From contig JBHGNT010000004.1 in assembly GCA_043228905.1 (NCBI GenBank), positions 22,692,001-22,756,000 on the forward strand: a DNA stretch of 64,000 bases, given 5' to 3'. The stretch comes from Azolla caroliniana. Its lineage: Eukaryota > Plantae > Polypodiophyta. The position numbers and the translations under genes are program-made. Positions 46,965 through 59,220 of the stretch are shown piece by piece; position 1 is the first letter of the stretch; every line of letters starts with the position of its first letter. The notes beneath the pieces were generated by a model. That model was not told the origin of the DNA and did no database searches. It saw only the letters and a list, made by a program, of their open reading frames with translations.

Positions 46965-49900
46965 CCGGGAAAAGTCGGGGACACAGTCAAAGTCAAGGGG
47001 CGGCCTACTTGCTTTTATTGCGGCAAGCCGGGACACTTCCAGAAGAACTGTCGGCACTTCCGAAAAGACAAGGAAACTAACGGTACCGATTCGAAGCGGA
47101 CATCAGACCGGAATGGTAAAGACCGAAGGGGGCCAAACCGGAAGGGAACGACGGCAATCGCGGCAAGTGAAGAAGAGTTGATGCTCATCACCGAGGAGAG
47201 TGAGCTAAACCTTGTCGGCGACGAGATGACCTGGGTGGTCGACTCCGGAGCGTCGTTCCACCTTACCCCGGACCGGAAATGCTTCTCATCCTACTCAGCT
47301 AGTGATCACGGCTGTGTTCGGATGGGGAATGAAGGTACATGCCGAATTGTCGGCATAGGAGATGTGTGGTTGACAACACCAACCGGATGCAAGCTGTTGT
47401 TGAAGGATGTCCGACACGTTCCGGAGGTTTGTCTGAACCTGATATCAGCCGGCCGGCTAGATGATGAAGGCTACACGGGTAGCATCCGGAACGGTGTTAT
47501 GAAGTTCAACAAAGGTAGCCTGATTGTGGCTTGGGCCCGGAAGGTCAACACGTTGTACCTGATGAATGCCCGGTTATGTCCGGAGGAAGTGAACGTGGCA
47601 TCCGACACTGCCGGTGAGCTGTGGCACAAAAGGTTGTGTCACATGAGCGAGAAGGGGATGAAGAGGCTTGTAGATGACAACCTCATTCCAGTGAAGAACG
47701 TGCACTTGGAGAAGTGCACTGATTGTCTAGCCGGTAAGCAAAACCGGACCTCCTTCCAACCAAGGCCACCGATGAGACGTAATGCACCACTGGAGTTGGT
47801 GCATACTGATGTGTGTCAAGTGGACACGAAGTCACATGCAGGATCGCAGTACTTCGTGACGTTCATAGATGACCACAGCCGGAAGCTGTGGGCCACACCG
47901 TTGAAGACGAAGGATCAGGTGCTATACGTCTTCAAAGAGCTCCACGCGAGAGTCGAAAGAGAAACCGGCCAGAAGCTGAAGGCGGTTCGAGCAGATAACG
48001 GAGGTGAATATCGGGGGCAGTTCGAGGAGTACTGTCACTCGAAGGGAATTTGGCTCAAATTTATCGTGCCGAAGACGCCGGATTGGATTCGGATGAAGAG
48101 CAAATGGAGGAGCCGGTTACCACAGCCCAAAGACGGAGATATCCTCTCAGAGAGAGAAGGGCCCCCCGGAGATTTCCGGATGCAGAACATGTGTTGCTAA
48201 CCGATGAGGGGGAGCCAAAAAGCTTCGAAGAAGCGAAGGATGTCACCCACAGCCGCAAATGGTTAAGTGCCATGCGAATTGGTGGAGTTGCCGAAAGGAA
48301 AGCGGGCACTCCGAAACAAGTGGGTGTACAAGTTGAAACCGGGAGATGTCGGCAACCCTCCGAGATACAAAGCCAGGTTCGTGGTGAAGGGGTTCCAGCA
48401 GAAGAAGGGCGAGAAATTCGACGAGATATTTTCCCCAGTAGTAAAGATGACCTCCATCCGGACGGTACTGAGTATAGCGGCAAGCATGGACCTCGAGGTA
48501 GAGCAGCTAGACGTGAAGACGACATTCCTTCACGGTGACCTCGAAGAGGAGATCTACATGCAGCAACCGGAAGGATTCGTGGAGAAAGGGAAGGAGCGCC
48601 TGGTATGCCGATTGAAGAAGAGCCTGTACGAACTGAAGTAGGCTCCCCGACAATGGTACCGGAAGTTCGACTCCTTCATGATCGATCAAGGGTACCACAA
48701 GACACAGGCCGATCACTGCGTGTTTGTGAAGAAGTTCGAAGGAGGCGACTTCCTGATACTCCTTCTGTACGTGGACGACATGTTGATCATCGGACGGAAC
48801 CAAGCCCGAATACGGATGCTGAAGAAAGCTCTCAACTGAACTTTCGCAATGAAAGACTTGGGTCCGGCAAGACAGATGTTGGGGATGCATATCATCCGGA
48901 ACCGGCCAACGAAGCAATTATGGCTGTCACAGGAGAAGTACGTGACAAAGGTGCTTCAGTGGTTCAACATGTTAGAAGCGAAACCAGTCGGATCGACACT
49001 CCCGGCAAACTGCAGATTATCCGATAGGCAAAGCCCGAAGATGAAAGCAGAGAAGGCTGATATGATGAAGGTTCCATATGCCTCTGCCGTCGGGAGCTTA
49101 ATGTACGCAATGGTATGTACCCGACTGAATATAGGATACGCAGTCGGAGTGGTGAGCCGGTTTATGAGCAATCCCGGCAAGGAGCACTGGAACGCAGTCA
49201 AATGGATACTCCGGTACTTGAAGGGCACTTCGAATATGTGTCTCCGATTCGACTCCGCTAAACCTCAACTTGACGGTTTTACCGATTCGGACATGTCGGC
49301 TGATATGGATACCAGTCGGTCTACATCCGAGTATGTAATGACATATGCAGGGGGAGCTGTTTTGTGGCAGTCGAGGTTGTAGAAGGCGGTTGTGTTGTCA
49401 ACCACGGAGGCGGAGTACATGGCGGTTGTGGAAGCCGGCAAGGAAATTTTATGGATGAAGGACTTCATCGGAGAGCTCGGTATTCGGCAAGATGAATACC
49501 GGCTCTATTGCGACAGTCAAAGTGTCATCCACCTTGCTAAGAATGTTGCCTACCATTCCCGGACGAAGCATATCCAGCGAAGGTATCACTGGATCCGGGA
49601 AAGAGTAGATGACCAGGAGTTTGCGCTAACGAAGATCCACACGGCCGAGAATGGGTCAGATATGCTGACCAAAGTACTGATACCCGACAAGCTGGATGCA
49701 TGCCGGAAGCGGATTGGACTAGTAAGACATCCCATGCCGGAGTGAAGGGGGAGTTTGTTAGGAAACAGGTCCCCAGGATGGGAAGTGAGAAGAATAGTAC
49801 TGATGAGCAAACTCGGCCTAGGCCGATAGGCCGAGGCCGGAACCGGATGACAAGTACCCGGCAAGAGCCGGATGGTGAAGACCCAGTGAGAACCGGATGA

Positions 49901-50108
49901 CGTGTGCCTGGCAAGCGCCAGATGATGCAGGCCCGGTAAGGAGTGCTCACCGGATGAAGGGACATATTCGTAAATATGTTTCTGAGAGTCCATCGGGGCT
50001 ATATTTGTAAATAGTCGAAAAGTCATATTAGTATAAATATGACTTAGGGCAAACTTTAGGATGTAGTTGTCATTCTTGTTGGTGCAAGATTAGAGCGCAA
50101 CAGTGTAC

Positions 50109-50139
<31 letters not shown>

Positions 50140-50421
50140 AAGAGACGAAGAGTTCGTATCTCTGTTGTAACCGCCGCCTGTGGCGAAGATAACAAGCTCG
50201 AGGTCGTTGCCTCGATGCTCCACTATTGTAAATTCTTATATAGTGATAGTTTGCAATCTGTGGGTTGCCGTGGTTTTTCCCCGAGTTTGGGTTTTCCACG
50301 TTAACATCCTGTGTACTCTTCTCTCCATTGTGTCGTGCGTTTCATTACCCGTTTTCCGTGTTTATGATTTTAGACTCGGTTGTGGCCGACTGTTGTGCTT
50401 AGGGAGCGTGCATCCCTGTCA
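46965..50421 (+). mobile_element. Copia-2 (Tnt1/Tork-like), 5'-truncated: zinc knuckle-PR-INT-RT-RH remnants, PPT, 3' LTR ~49756-50421
   Basis: CFYCGKPGHFQKNC, WVVDSGASFH, LWHKRLCH, LVHTDVC, FIDDHSR, ADNGGEY, YVDDML, FTDSD, STTEAEY, CDSQS; PPT agtgaagggggagtt; LTR related to 20103-20611. Confidence 0.93.
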
Positions 50422-51855
50422 AAGCGACTACTCTTGTCGGTTTGTCCGGAACCTGATCCGGATCCGGTCCTCTCCGAATCGGCGCACTTCTTCCAACACT
50501 TGCACTCCTTGTGGCCTTTCTTGCCACAGTACCAGCATTCCGCGGCAGATTTCCCTTGTCGGTTCTCGTCGCCTCGACTCCCCCTGTTTCCGGAGGGTCT
50601 GGAATTGTTGTCGCCATCACTTCGGTGCCTTCTTCCTTGATCCCGTCGGCCACCTCCATTGCGCTCCGACTCGCCTCGTCTGCCACGACCACGGGGCCTA
50701 TCTCCCTCCGTGTACAGCATCTTGCTATCGGTGTGCGTACTCGTCAACGCACCTGCATGGTTCTCCTCTATAAGGAGCATCGACTGTAGGTCGAAAAATG
50801 ACGGCGTATTCTCCTGTGTACACACACCAGTTCGGAACGCTCCGAACTTCGACGCCAGTCCCCCAAGACAGATATGCACCATTTCGCCTTCCTCGACGTT
50901 CACATCGATGGAGGCTAGGGAGTCGCATATATCTTTGATCTTCGAGGTGTAATCAGCCACCGACAAATCGCGTTGTCGCAAGTTGCTCAACTCTTGTCGG
51001 AGTTGGAGCTTTCTGGCTGTGGTGCTTGCGGCGAAAATCTTTTTTAGATTTCCCCAAGCATCCTTCGGCATTTTCGCATCCCGAATATAGCTCAGAAGTT
51101 CTTCGCCCACACAAGACATGAAGTAGTAGAGGACTCCACTCGCCGACTGTTTCCACGCCGGGAAATCTCTATGTGTCGAATCGGGTGTTTTGTCATTTGC
51201 TTCGTGGATGTAGCTACAGTAACCGTGCCCGAGCAGGTATTGGTGCATCTTGTAAGACCAAGACGGGTAGTTGTTTCTGTCGAGCTTCTCTGTCGGAAGC
51301 GAGCTAGCCATGCCTCTATCCATTTTGTTTTTCCTGTTCTTTACGAAGGTTAGGTTTTCTTCTTTGAGCTAAGGTCGGTTGCAGAGGTTCTCAACCCTTG
51401 CACTCTGATACCATGTGAAAAGAATAGCGTGCGGAAGCAATAGAAAACCAAACACAGAAACGCAAGTTTAATGGAGACCTTGAATATACACAGTATGTGG
51501 GAGAGGCAGACAGAGAGAGAGAGAGAGAATGCACACAAACTCAATTCAAAAATAATACACGGTCTGTACATAGGATGTGCTTAGTGAGCACCTTTATACA
51601 AGTCCATACGGACTGAAAGAAGTACAGACACGTACTTCAATGCTCATAAGTGAGTTCTACACTAACTCCCAAAATATATTCCTACGCAGAATATCTTTCC
51701 AACGGCCTCGCGGTTTATGCACCGCTACGGCTTCTCATTGTGCACCGATCTGCCCACTGGTTTACGCACCGGTCCGGCCTAACCGATCGATCCCAACCGA
51801 TCCGGTTCTCGGCTTGCACAGCCGATCCGGCCAATGTTGAGCTTGTATCTCAACA
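50422..51855 (-). mobile_element. Copia-3, 5' part: LTR 51414-51855, tRNA-iMet PBS (51403-51413), gag interrupted by Copia-2
   Basis: TGTTGAG...TTCACA LTR followed by TGGTATCAGAG; ORF 50370-51323 EKLDRNNYPSWSYKM..., UBN2-type gag, CWYCGKKGHKE.KC. Confidence 0.9.
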
Positions 51856-53411
51856 ATCTTGGACCGGCGAAGCCGATCTTAGGGACGCACATAGTTCGGG
51901 ACAGAACTAAGAAAGTGTTGTGGTTGTCACAAGAGAAATATGTGACGAAGATCCTAGAGAGATTCAACATGTCGGAACAAAGCCAATCGGCTCTCTATTG
52001 CCGACAAATTGCAAGCTAAATGCAAAGCAATGCCCAAGGAGCGAGAAAGAAAAGGTTAAGATGAGCAAAGTATTGTATGCCTCGGCCATCGGCAGTCTAA
52101 TGTATGTTATGGTTTGCACGAGACCAGACATAGCTTTTGTTGTGGGGGCAATAAGCCGATATATGAGTAATCCAGGACGAGAACACTAGGCAGCCGTCAA
52201 GTGGATACACAAGTACTTGAAAGGTACCTAGGGGGTATGCTTAAGGTACGGTGTCGGAAAACCTATGCTCGAAGGTTTTACCAATTCGGACATGTTGAGG
52301 GATGCAGACTCTAGTCGATCCACATCAAGGTATGTGATGACTTATGCAGGGGGAGTAGTGTCGTGGCAGTCACGACTTCAGAAATCTGTGGCCTTGTCAA
52401 CCATAGAGGCAGAGTATATGGCAACATTAGAGGCCGGCAAAGAGCTGATTTGGATGAAAAACTTTCTCAGCAAATTGGGAATGAAGCAAAAGGAGTTCTT
52501 TCTTCATTGCGACAACCAAAGTGCCATACATCTAGCCAAGAATGTTGTGTACCACTCCCGGACCAAACATATACAGAGGAGGTACCATTGGTTGCAAGAG
52601 AAAGTGGAGGAAGAAGAGTTTACCCTTGTGAAGATCCATACTGTAGAAAATGGTATCCGACATGTTGACAAAGAACCTACTAATGGACAAACTCTGAGGC
52701 TCTCGATAGAGGACAAAACTGAATGATTCCTCCCATAGGAAGGAAGGGGGAGTTTATTAGGAATATGTCCCTCCTATGGGAGCAACCGACTGGTCATGAT
52801 GAGTGCCGACAGTCGAAGACATGGAGAGTCGACTAGGGGGAGTTGATAGTAGGGGAATCCAAGTCGAAGACACGACCAACGAGTCGTGCCAACCGGATGG
52901 TCGAAGATAAGGCCGACTAGTTGGGCCGATTGGACAATCGACACTTGAGTCGACTAGTCGGCTAATTAACTATTATTGTTATTTAGTATAATAATAGGAA
53001 TGATAGTAGTAATGGCTACATTTGTAAATAGCCCACATAGTGTATAAGTATAAATACACTTAGGGCAAACATATTAGTATGAGAAGAGTATCAGAGAGCA
53101 GGACATAATAGTAGTGAGCATCTGTTGTAGAGTGTGACAGAGAAGAGAGACGTAGTGAGAGGGAGATAGAGAGTGGTGCCATAGCGGAGTGAGGTTTGAT
53201 GCCAAGAGCCTTGTGTGGCTGATACACTATGTGTGGAGAGTGTTGTATTTTGATCGCATCTTGTATTCTCTTGTGTATAGTGGAATCTTTGTTTCCGTGG
53301 TTATTCCCATTTAGGGTTTCCACGTAAAACACTGTGCAGTGTGTATTTTGTCTATTGTGATGTTTTCTATTTCAGCATAGCTTTCGTGGATCGACGATTC
53401 GATTCTTAACA
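51856..53411 (+). mobile_element. Copia-4, 3' part: RT C-terminus/RNase H, PPT, 3' LTR ~52755-53411
   Basis: DLGPAK.ILG, LWLSQEKY, CTRPDIA, SWQSRLQKSVALST.EAEY, HCDNQSAIHLAKN; PPT aggaagggggagtt; LTR T(A)TTAGG...TTAACA. Confidence 0.88.
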
Positions 53412-54188
53412 TTGTTCATGTGTATGACATGGACGTATAAAGGATGTCTTTTGAAAATAGAATGATCCGAGAGGATTCATGGTTCAACTTGGAATAAAAT
53501 AGGCATGTTGCCAAGGATTTGTCATCTGTATACTATAGATGTATCATGGATGTATCGTGAATTAGGCATGGATGGTCATGCCATAGTCATGGAGAGGAAA
53601 AGGCAAACATCGAAAAGCTCGCCAATTTGAGTCAAAGGTTCGTCTTTGGTGCAAAAAACCAACATCTTGAATTAGGAAGCATGCCAACCATTTGTTCAAA
53701 AAATGAATACATCCATCAATGTAGGTCATACACATTCCTAGATTCACCTTAAACTTAGACCTTTGTGAAAGGGGAGAAATAAAGCATTGTGTGTGATTAA
53801 GGTTCCTATTAGAGGGGGCAAAAAAATTTAGTTAATACAAAGTGTCATTAAGGTCATACCATAATTAACCAGCTCAATTTTAGTAGGTTGCATCATAACC
53901 TAATTATGAGATAATCTAGTTATGTTGCATGTAAATCTAGCTTTCACGTACTATGTTGTTCGCATCATAATTAATTTGGTTGTCTAGCTTGTACACTTTA
54001 CCTTTGTGTTTGAAAAATCTACCTACATATTAGGCTTTCAATAGTTTGACCTAGGGTAGATTTCGTGCTATTAAAAGTACCTCAGGTATAACTAATATGA
54101 CACCATTTAATACTGAGGTTATTTATGATGTTGTCATTCCATAATTTCAAATTGGTTTTGACAGTCTTTTTACAAAATTCACATGTAC

Positions 54189-54305
54189 ATTTTCTTTTCC
54201 TCAAACTAAGGGTTCACTTGTCTATATAACATAGTCCAAAACTAACCAATTATAGAATTTTCTTTTCCTCAAACTAAGGGTTCACTTGTCTATATAACGT
54301 AGTCC
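54189..54305. repeat. Direct duplication of ~47 bp at 69-bp spacing (ttttcttttcctcaaactaagggttcacttgtctatataac)
   Basis: Copies start near 54189 and 54258. Confidence 0.85.
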
Positions 54306-57300
54306 AGACATAAATTTGAGACAACTCATGTCAATGGAGATGATGGGGAAACAATAAGAAACAAAAAAAAATTTGAAGATGTTTTCCACAGATTTCGTCT
54401 CTTGTTTTTCTTCAAATTCCAAAAAAGTGCTTTGGAGATGCTCTTATTAAGTATGGGTTGGACTATAAAAGCCAACAACAACATATACATATATAATGAG
54501 CTGATCCATTCCATATGTGTCAAGTTTGAAAGAAACTTGGGTCTATAGTAAAAGGCTCCATCGATACGAAGTTGGATTTGAACTCATGCCCAATAACGGA
54601 AATGTAGAGGTTTTCCTATTTATCCCTCGCATGCAGTGTTTGGGAATTCACTCGTTAATTAATTGGTCAAAGCTTTCTTCGGATACATGAAACAACGTGA
54701 AAAATGAGAAAACACCACAAACCTTTTAAAGAATTTATAAAAAGATTATGTATATTTGTCACATTTTGTTCTCTTTGTGTACATTATGAAGGACGATTGA
54801 ATGAGACTCGGAATGAATATCAGCACAAAAGTTTTCAAACACATAAGTTCATATCCTCACTAACCTGATTTTCCACATTCCTATTTTTTACTTCAAACCA
54901 CCGAGGTTTATTATGACAAATTTGTCGGATTAGGCCAAATTTTCCCTTGCAAATAGTTGTTCTCAAGAATTTGTTAGAGTTTCCTTGGAAGGATAAAGCT
55001 AATATTTTTAATGTTTGCATACTAGAGCATGTGTCAAATGCCAATGTAGGAGAAATTTGGTAGTTTTTCCATAATGGTGACATTATTTGAGGTCATGTAC
55101 ACCATACTTGTGGATACGCAATGCGCATGATAGACCATAGCACGTGAGATTGTGCGGTAGTCTCGTACGATGTACAAAGCCCATGCTTTCACATTAGAAC
55201 ATTGGAGTCCCATTGAAGGCATACATCAAACTTAGTAACTAACTAAGCATGGAACTAAAAAAAGTATCGAAGCAATTGATCCAAATGAAAATTACTACAC
55301 ATCTACCATGCACCAAGATGATAATCACATAAGAATGTAATATGGTTTGCACATAATTGAAGGAAGAATCTCAAGCTTTCTTTTGCAATTCATGAATTAG
55401 AACTTGGCAAGAACATAAAAGGATCGTCTTTTTTGGAATTACGAAAGCTTGAAAGAATGTGTGATGACTATTGAGTTCTTTGGTAATACTTTTGTTTCGT
55501 GAGCTCTTTGGTAATACTTTTGTTTCGTTCTTTGAAAATTGAAAGATGGGATCACGCTTATCGACAATGACCTTGACCAACAAGTACTGCAATTGGTTTA
55601 TAATACCTTTTTCATGAGACTTGGTCTTACATGCGTGCACGTGTAGGAAAGTGTAGAGAGCAACTTTTCAAGAAAATCTCTGGATTGGGACTCGAACCTA
55701 ATCAATCACATCTTTGGTTTAGAGATTCGTGCAATCACATTACACATAGGATGTTTTGGGAATTTTTCATTACTTCTAGTAATCTAGAAATAAGAAAATT
55801 TTAGTGATACGGTTATGTACTTCCATCACATTGCTAGTGGTTTGGAAATTCTATCTCATGTATAAGAAGTAATCAGTTAACCAGTTGTGTATTTCTAGTT
55901 ATCCATCACATTTGCACATATAATGTTTTGGGAGTTTTGCGTTACTTCAAGTAGTTTGGAACTACTTTCTCAAGCATTAAAAGTAATTAGTAATACGGTT
56001 ATGTGTTTCCACCAAGACTTTATTCTCTTTATCTTGAGGTAAGTGACCAAATGTTTGGAACAAATATCCAAGAAAATAAATAAGTTCTAGAAAACTCCTC
56101 AACAAGTTCATATTTGCATTATGACGACAAACATCGAGCCTTTGTAACTTACCATGATAATGTTAGGGAAGTGTTGCATACGAATTTTCCTTGCAAACAA
56201 GAGAATGTGATTAAATCATTTTCGTGAGTTGATTGATGTAGTAGGAGAAATTAGGTTATTAAAGCAGTTATAATAGTGAAGGCCACAACATCCCACCCAT
56301 TTCCGTGACCATTGATCCCATGGATTGAGAGCCATCTACAAAGCCATGTTAAGCGTATGATCTCTCTATAAAAACAATGCATCCCCTTGATCAATACATT
56401 ATTTCATGTGCCCTGTTCTAATCGAGCCATTATATCATACATCATACTCATTGAGAGACTATCGTTTCATACACATCCTAATCAAGAGATTGGTTTTCAT
56501 ACACGTCCAGATCAAAAGACATGTACGAAACAATGTCTTGATTCGGATAGTCTTCAAAACTAGTACAACAACATAAATACATGTTCAATAAATGCATACC
56601 AAGAATAGTCCGGACACACACGCAAAACTCTCTCCGAATTACCCCGAGTTTCTTCATGTTTGTTCCATCAAATACATCCACAGTTTGTAGCTCTCTCAAT
56701 AGGGAGTTTTCTAGAGAGAGAGAGAGAATTGGCTTCATAGGCACCATATGAATACTCAATAGCACATCCTATTGAGTATAAGGGGTAATGGAAAGAGAGG
56801 TTGGTGCAGAAAGGGTATTTAAGGAAATTTCGGAAAAGAAGACTTAGGAGGGAAATCCGGCCACAGCTGGTCTTCTTTCTATCTGGCGATGGCAACATCA
56901 ATCACTGTCATTATTTCCATGATAATGATTTGATTTTTTGCTTTTAACAGGCAATCGGAAGGCTAGCAAATAGAAAAACAGGCAATTTAAAAAAGACAGC
57001 AGACAACCTAAGATGCTTTGCTTGTTAGAAGATATGGAAACAGGAATTCAAAAAAGACAAGAATTTTCCACTTTTTTAAGCCTTCCATTGTATAATGCTT
57101 CGCCACCAAACCCTAAGTTTCCAGAACTAAGAAGGCATTGTTAAGAGACTAGTTCCGTATGATAATACATATGATAAAATAATGTGCATCTCGTTCCAAA
57201 TAGACATGAATGATACCAGGAAACCACACTGAAATAAGAAGAAAAACCATCACAAACCATCCAATTTAACATTTCATAGGGAAAATATAGTCATAAATCA

Positions 57301-57469
57301 TATGACAACCTTTTATTAGATCAATCAAAGAAATACCATTAACTTCGAAAATCTAACGCGAAACATAAACTGAGAACCATACCAAATAAGCAACATTTCG
57401 AACATAAAACCATATATTTCAAAAAACGTTGGTCATTTTAAGAGAAATGTATGCCTCAGATAAAGATAA

Positions 57470-57650
57470 TTACAAACCAAAGAAAAGGTATTCCCAAAAG
57501 GAGATTCGCGCATTAATTTGTTACAAACCAAAGACAAACGTATTGTAACCAATACCAGATGATTACAAACCAAAGACAAGGTATTCCCAAAAGGAGATAC
57601 ACGCTTCATTGGTTATAAGCCAAAGACAAACGTATTGTAACCAATACCAA
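57470..57650. repeat. Compound tandem duplication (two ~91-bp copies, each with two ttacaaaccaaaga sub-units) downstream of the DUF538 gene
   Basis: aaggtattcccaaaaggagat and aaagacaaacgtattgtaaccaatacca each occur twice. Confidence 0.75.
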
Positions 57651-58054
57651 TTAGATTTCAATTGAAATAATTGATCACATTATACGTAATGGCTCTGCTC
57701 TCTATAGGTGGAAGCCAAATACAAGATTAGATCTTCTCAAAGATGAAAGATACATATATAACTAGGATTGCTTCAGTTTTAAATGCTAAGCTACGAGAAG
57801 TAGAAAGATTGCCACAACTGAGCTTCCTTCCACTTCTACCAACAGCAGAAATAACTACACACATAGAATGGTCCAGCGGTTTAGATAAGCATAGGTTTTA
57901 AGCGGCAGAAAGCTCTAAAGCTATAGATTTCGCAGGATAAACAAAATGATATTTATTCCATGCACGAAAGCTACGAATTTGCCTTCCAAGAAAACACTAA
58001 CTATCAGGAACGAAAAACACCACAAAAAAGACAACACTGAATAGTATTTCACTT

Positions 58055-58510
58055 CTAAGACCCGACACCAAAGTATTCAACAGGAAAGCTTCGAGAAAGG
58101 CCAGCGAAGCTCTTGAAATGAAGCTTAGGAGGCTCTTTCTCATCCTTCAAAATCTCGTTCACGCTCACCCACAGAAGCATGTCTTTCGCCTTCACACCTT
58201 TGATGTCCTTCATCTTGTTCTTCTCCATCCTGCAAGTAACGAGCTCTTCGTACTTACAAAGACGATCGGCTTTCTTGAAATGGTGCTGTTGCTTAGATTT
58301 GGTGAGTATCCAAACGAATCCCGTTTCTTCGACGTATCCACCTTCGATGACGTCCTTGAGGGGGAGGAGGCCGCCTGGCAGCCCAAACTCTTGGATCAAC
58401 TCGATTGACTTCTTCATGCATTCCTCGCCATGGCTGATTATAGCCTTCTCTCGAAGATCAGGGAACAGCAGAGCTTCTGTTGTCACCGTGGTGCAGTTGA
58501 CGGACGCCAT
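58055..58510 (-). CDS. DUF538 family protein (SVB-like), single exon, 151 aa
   Basis: AII.HGEEC.KKSIEL..E.GLP.GLLPL.D..E.GYV.ETGFVW......H.FKK....Y...VT.......MK...GVKAK.MLLWVSV.EI, F....GLSRSFPV: a typical plant DUF538 pattern; TATA-like ctgtgtatataaat on the minus strand near 58821-58834 with GA/CT tracts. Confidence 0.92.
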   Translation of the reverse strand: MASVNCTTVTTEALLFPDLREKAIISHGEECMKKSIELIQEFGLPGGLLPLKDVIEGGYVEETGFVWILTKSKQQHHFKKADRLCKYEELVTCRMEKNKMKDIKGVKAKDMLLWVSVNEILKDEKEPPKLHFKSFAGLSRSFPVEYFGVGS

Positions 58511-58855
58511 GACCTCTCCGCGAACGTTTCCTTCGGGTTTATATGGTTTGGTTCCAATGAAACGGTGCAGGGTCTACGAATCGGAATATGGCGCGGCGTA
58601 CAGGCAAGAGAAAGGCTCAGGAGCCTAAGATTAGGAGCGCAGGGACGGAGAAAGAAGAGAACGGCAGTGATAGTAGCAGTAAGCGGAAGGCTATGGAAGC
58701 TCGAGTTAGGTCAGATGGGATATACGCAGAGACGGAGGGAGTGAAAGGAATGAAGGAATGAATGGGTGAGAGAAATGGCTATGGAGGTGATCGATGAGAG
58801 GTAGAGCAGGGATTCGCTGCATTTATATACACAGAGAGATTAGACAAGACGAGAC

Positions 58856-58886
<31 letters not shown>

Positions 58887-59166
58887 AGGCATTGATTTCG
58901 CTTTCGGTTTGGTTTCGATTTTGAGACGCGCTCGAACCGAACCGAACCGAAATAAATGTGTATGTATTATCAAAGTCTTCTGCTTCTTAGTTCTTTTTTT
59001 TTTCCCTCTTAGTTCTTCTTGCTTCTTCTTAGCTCTTCTTTCTTTCTTCTTCTTAGTTCTTCTTTCTTCTTCTATGATGATCCATGATCCATGGCCTTGA
59101 ATCATGATCAATGAGATGCCCGTCCGCCTAAGGGAAGCTTTTGTCTTGCAGTGTGGACCCGAGTTT

Positions 59167-59170
59167 TCTT

Positions 59171-59201
<31 letters not shown>

Positions 59202-59220
59202 TTCTTCTTCTTCTTCTTCT
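59167..59220. repeat. (TTC)n microsatellite upstream of the DUF538 gene; (GA)n also at 58861-58886
   Basis: Directly visible. Confidence 0.9.

Noticed and set aside
49796-49850. CTGATGAG in the Copia-2 LTR as a possible hammerhead ribozyme (retrozyme), prompted by the 4-bp TSDs nearby
   Set aside because: No stem II followed by GAAA; no hammerhead core was seen in the A, B or C LTRs either.
20103-53411. Outer Copia LTRs (20103-20611, 49756-50421, 52755-53411) as the paired LTRs of one giant element
   Set aside because: All three are 3' LTRs preceded by PPTs, orientations conflict, the sequences are only loosely related and the flanks do not match.
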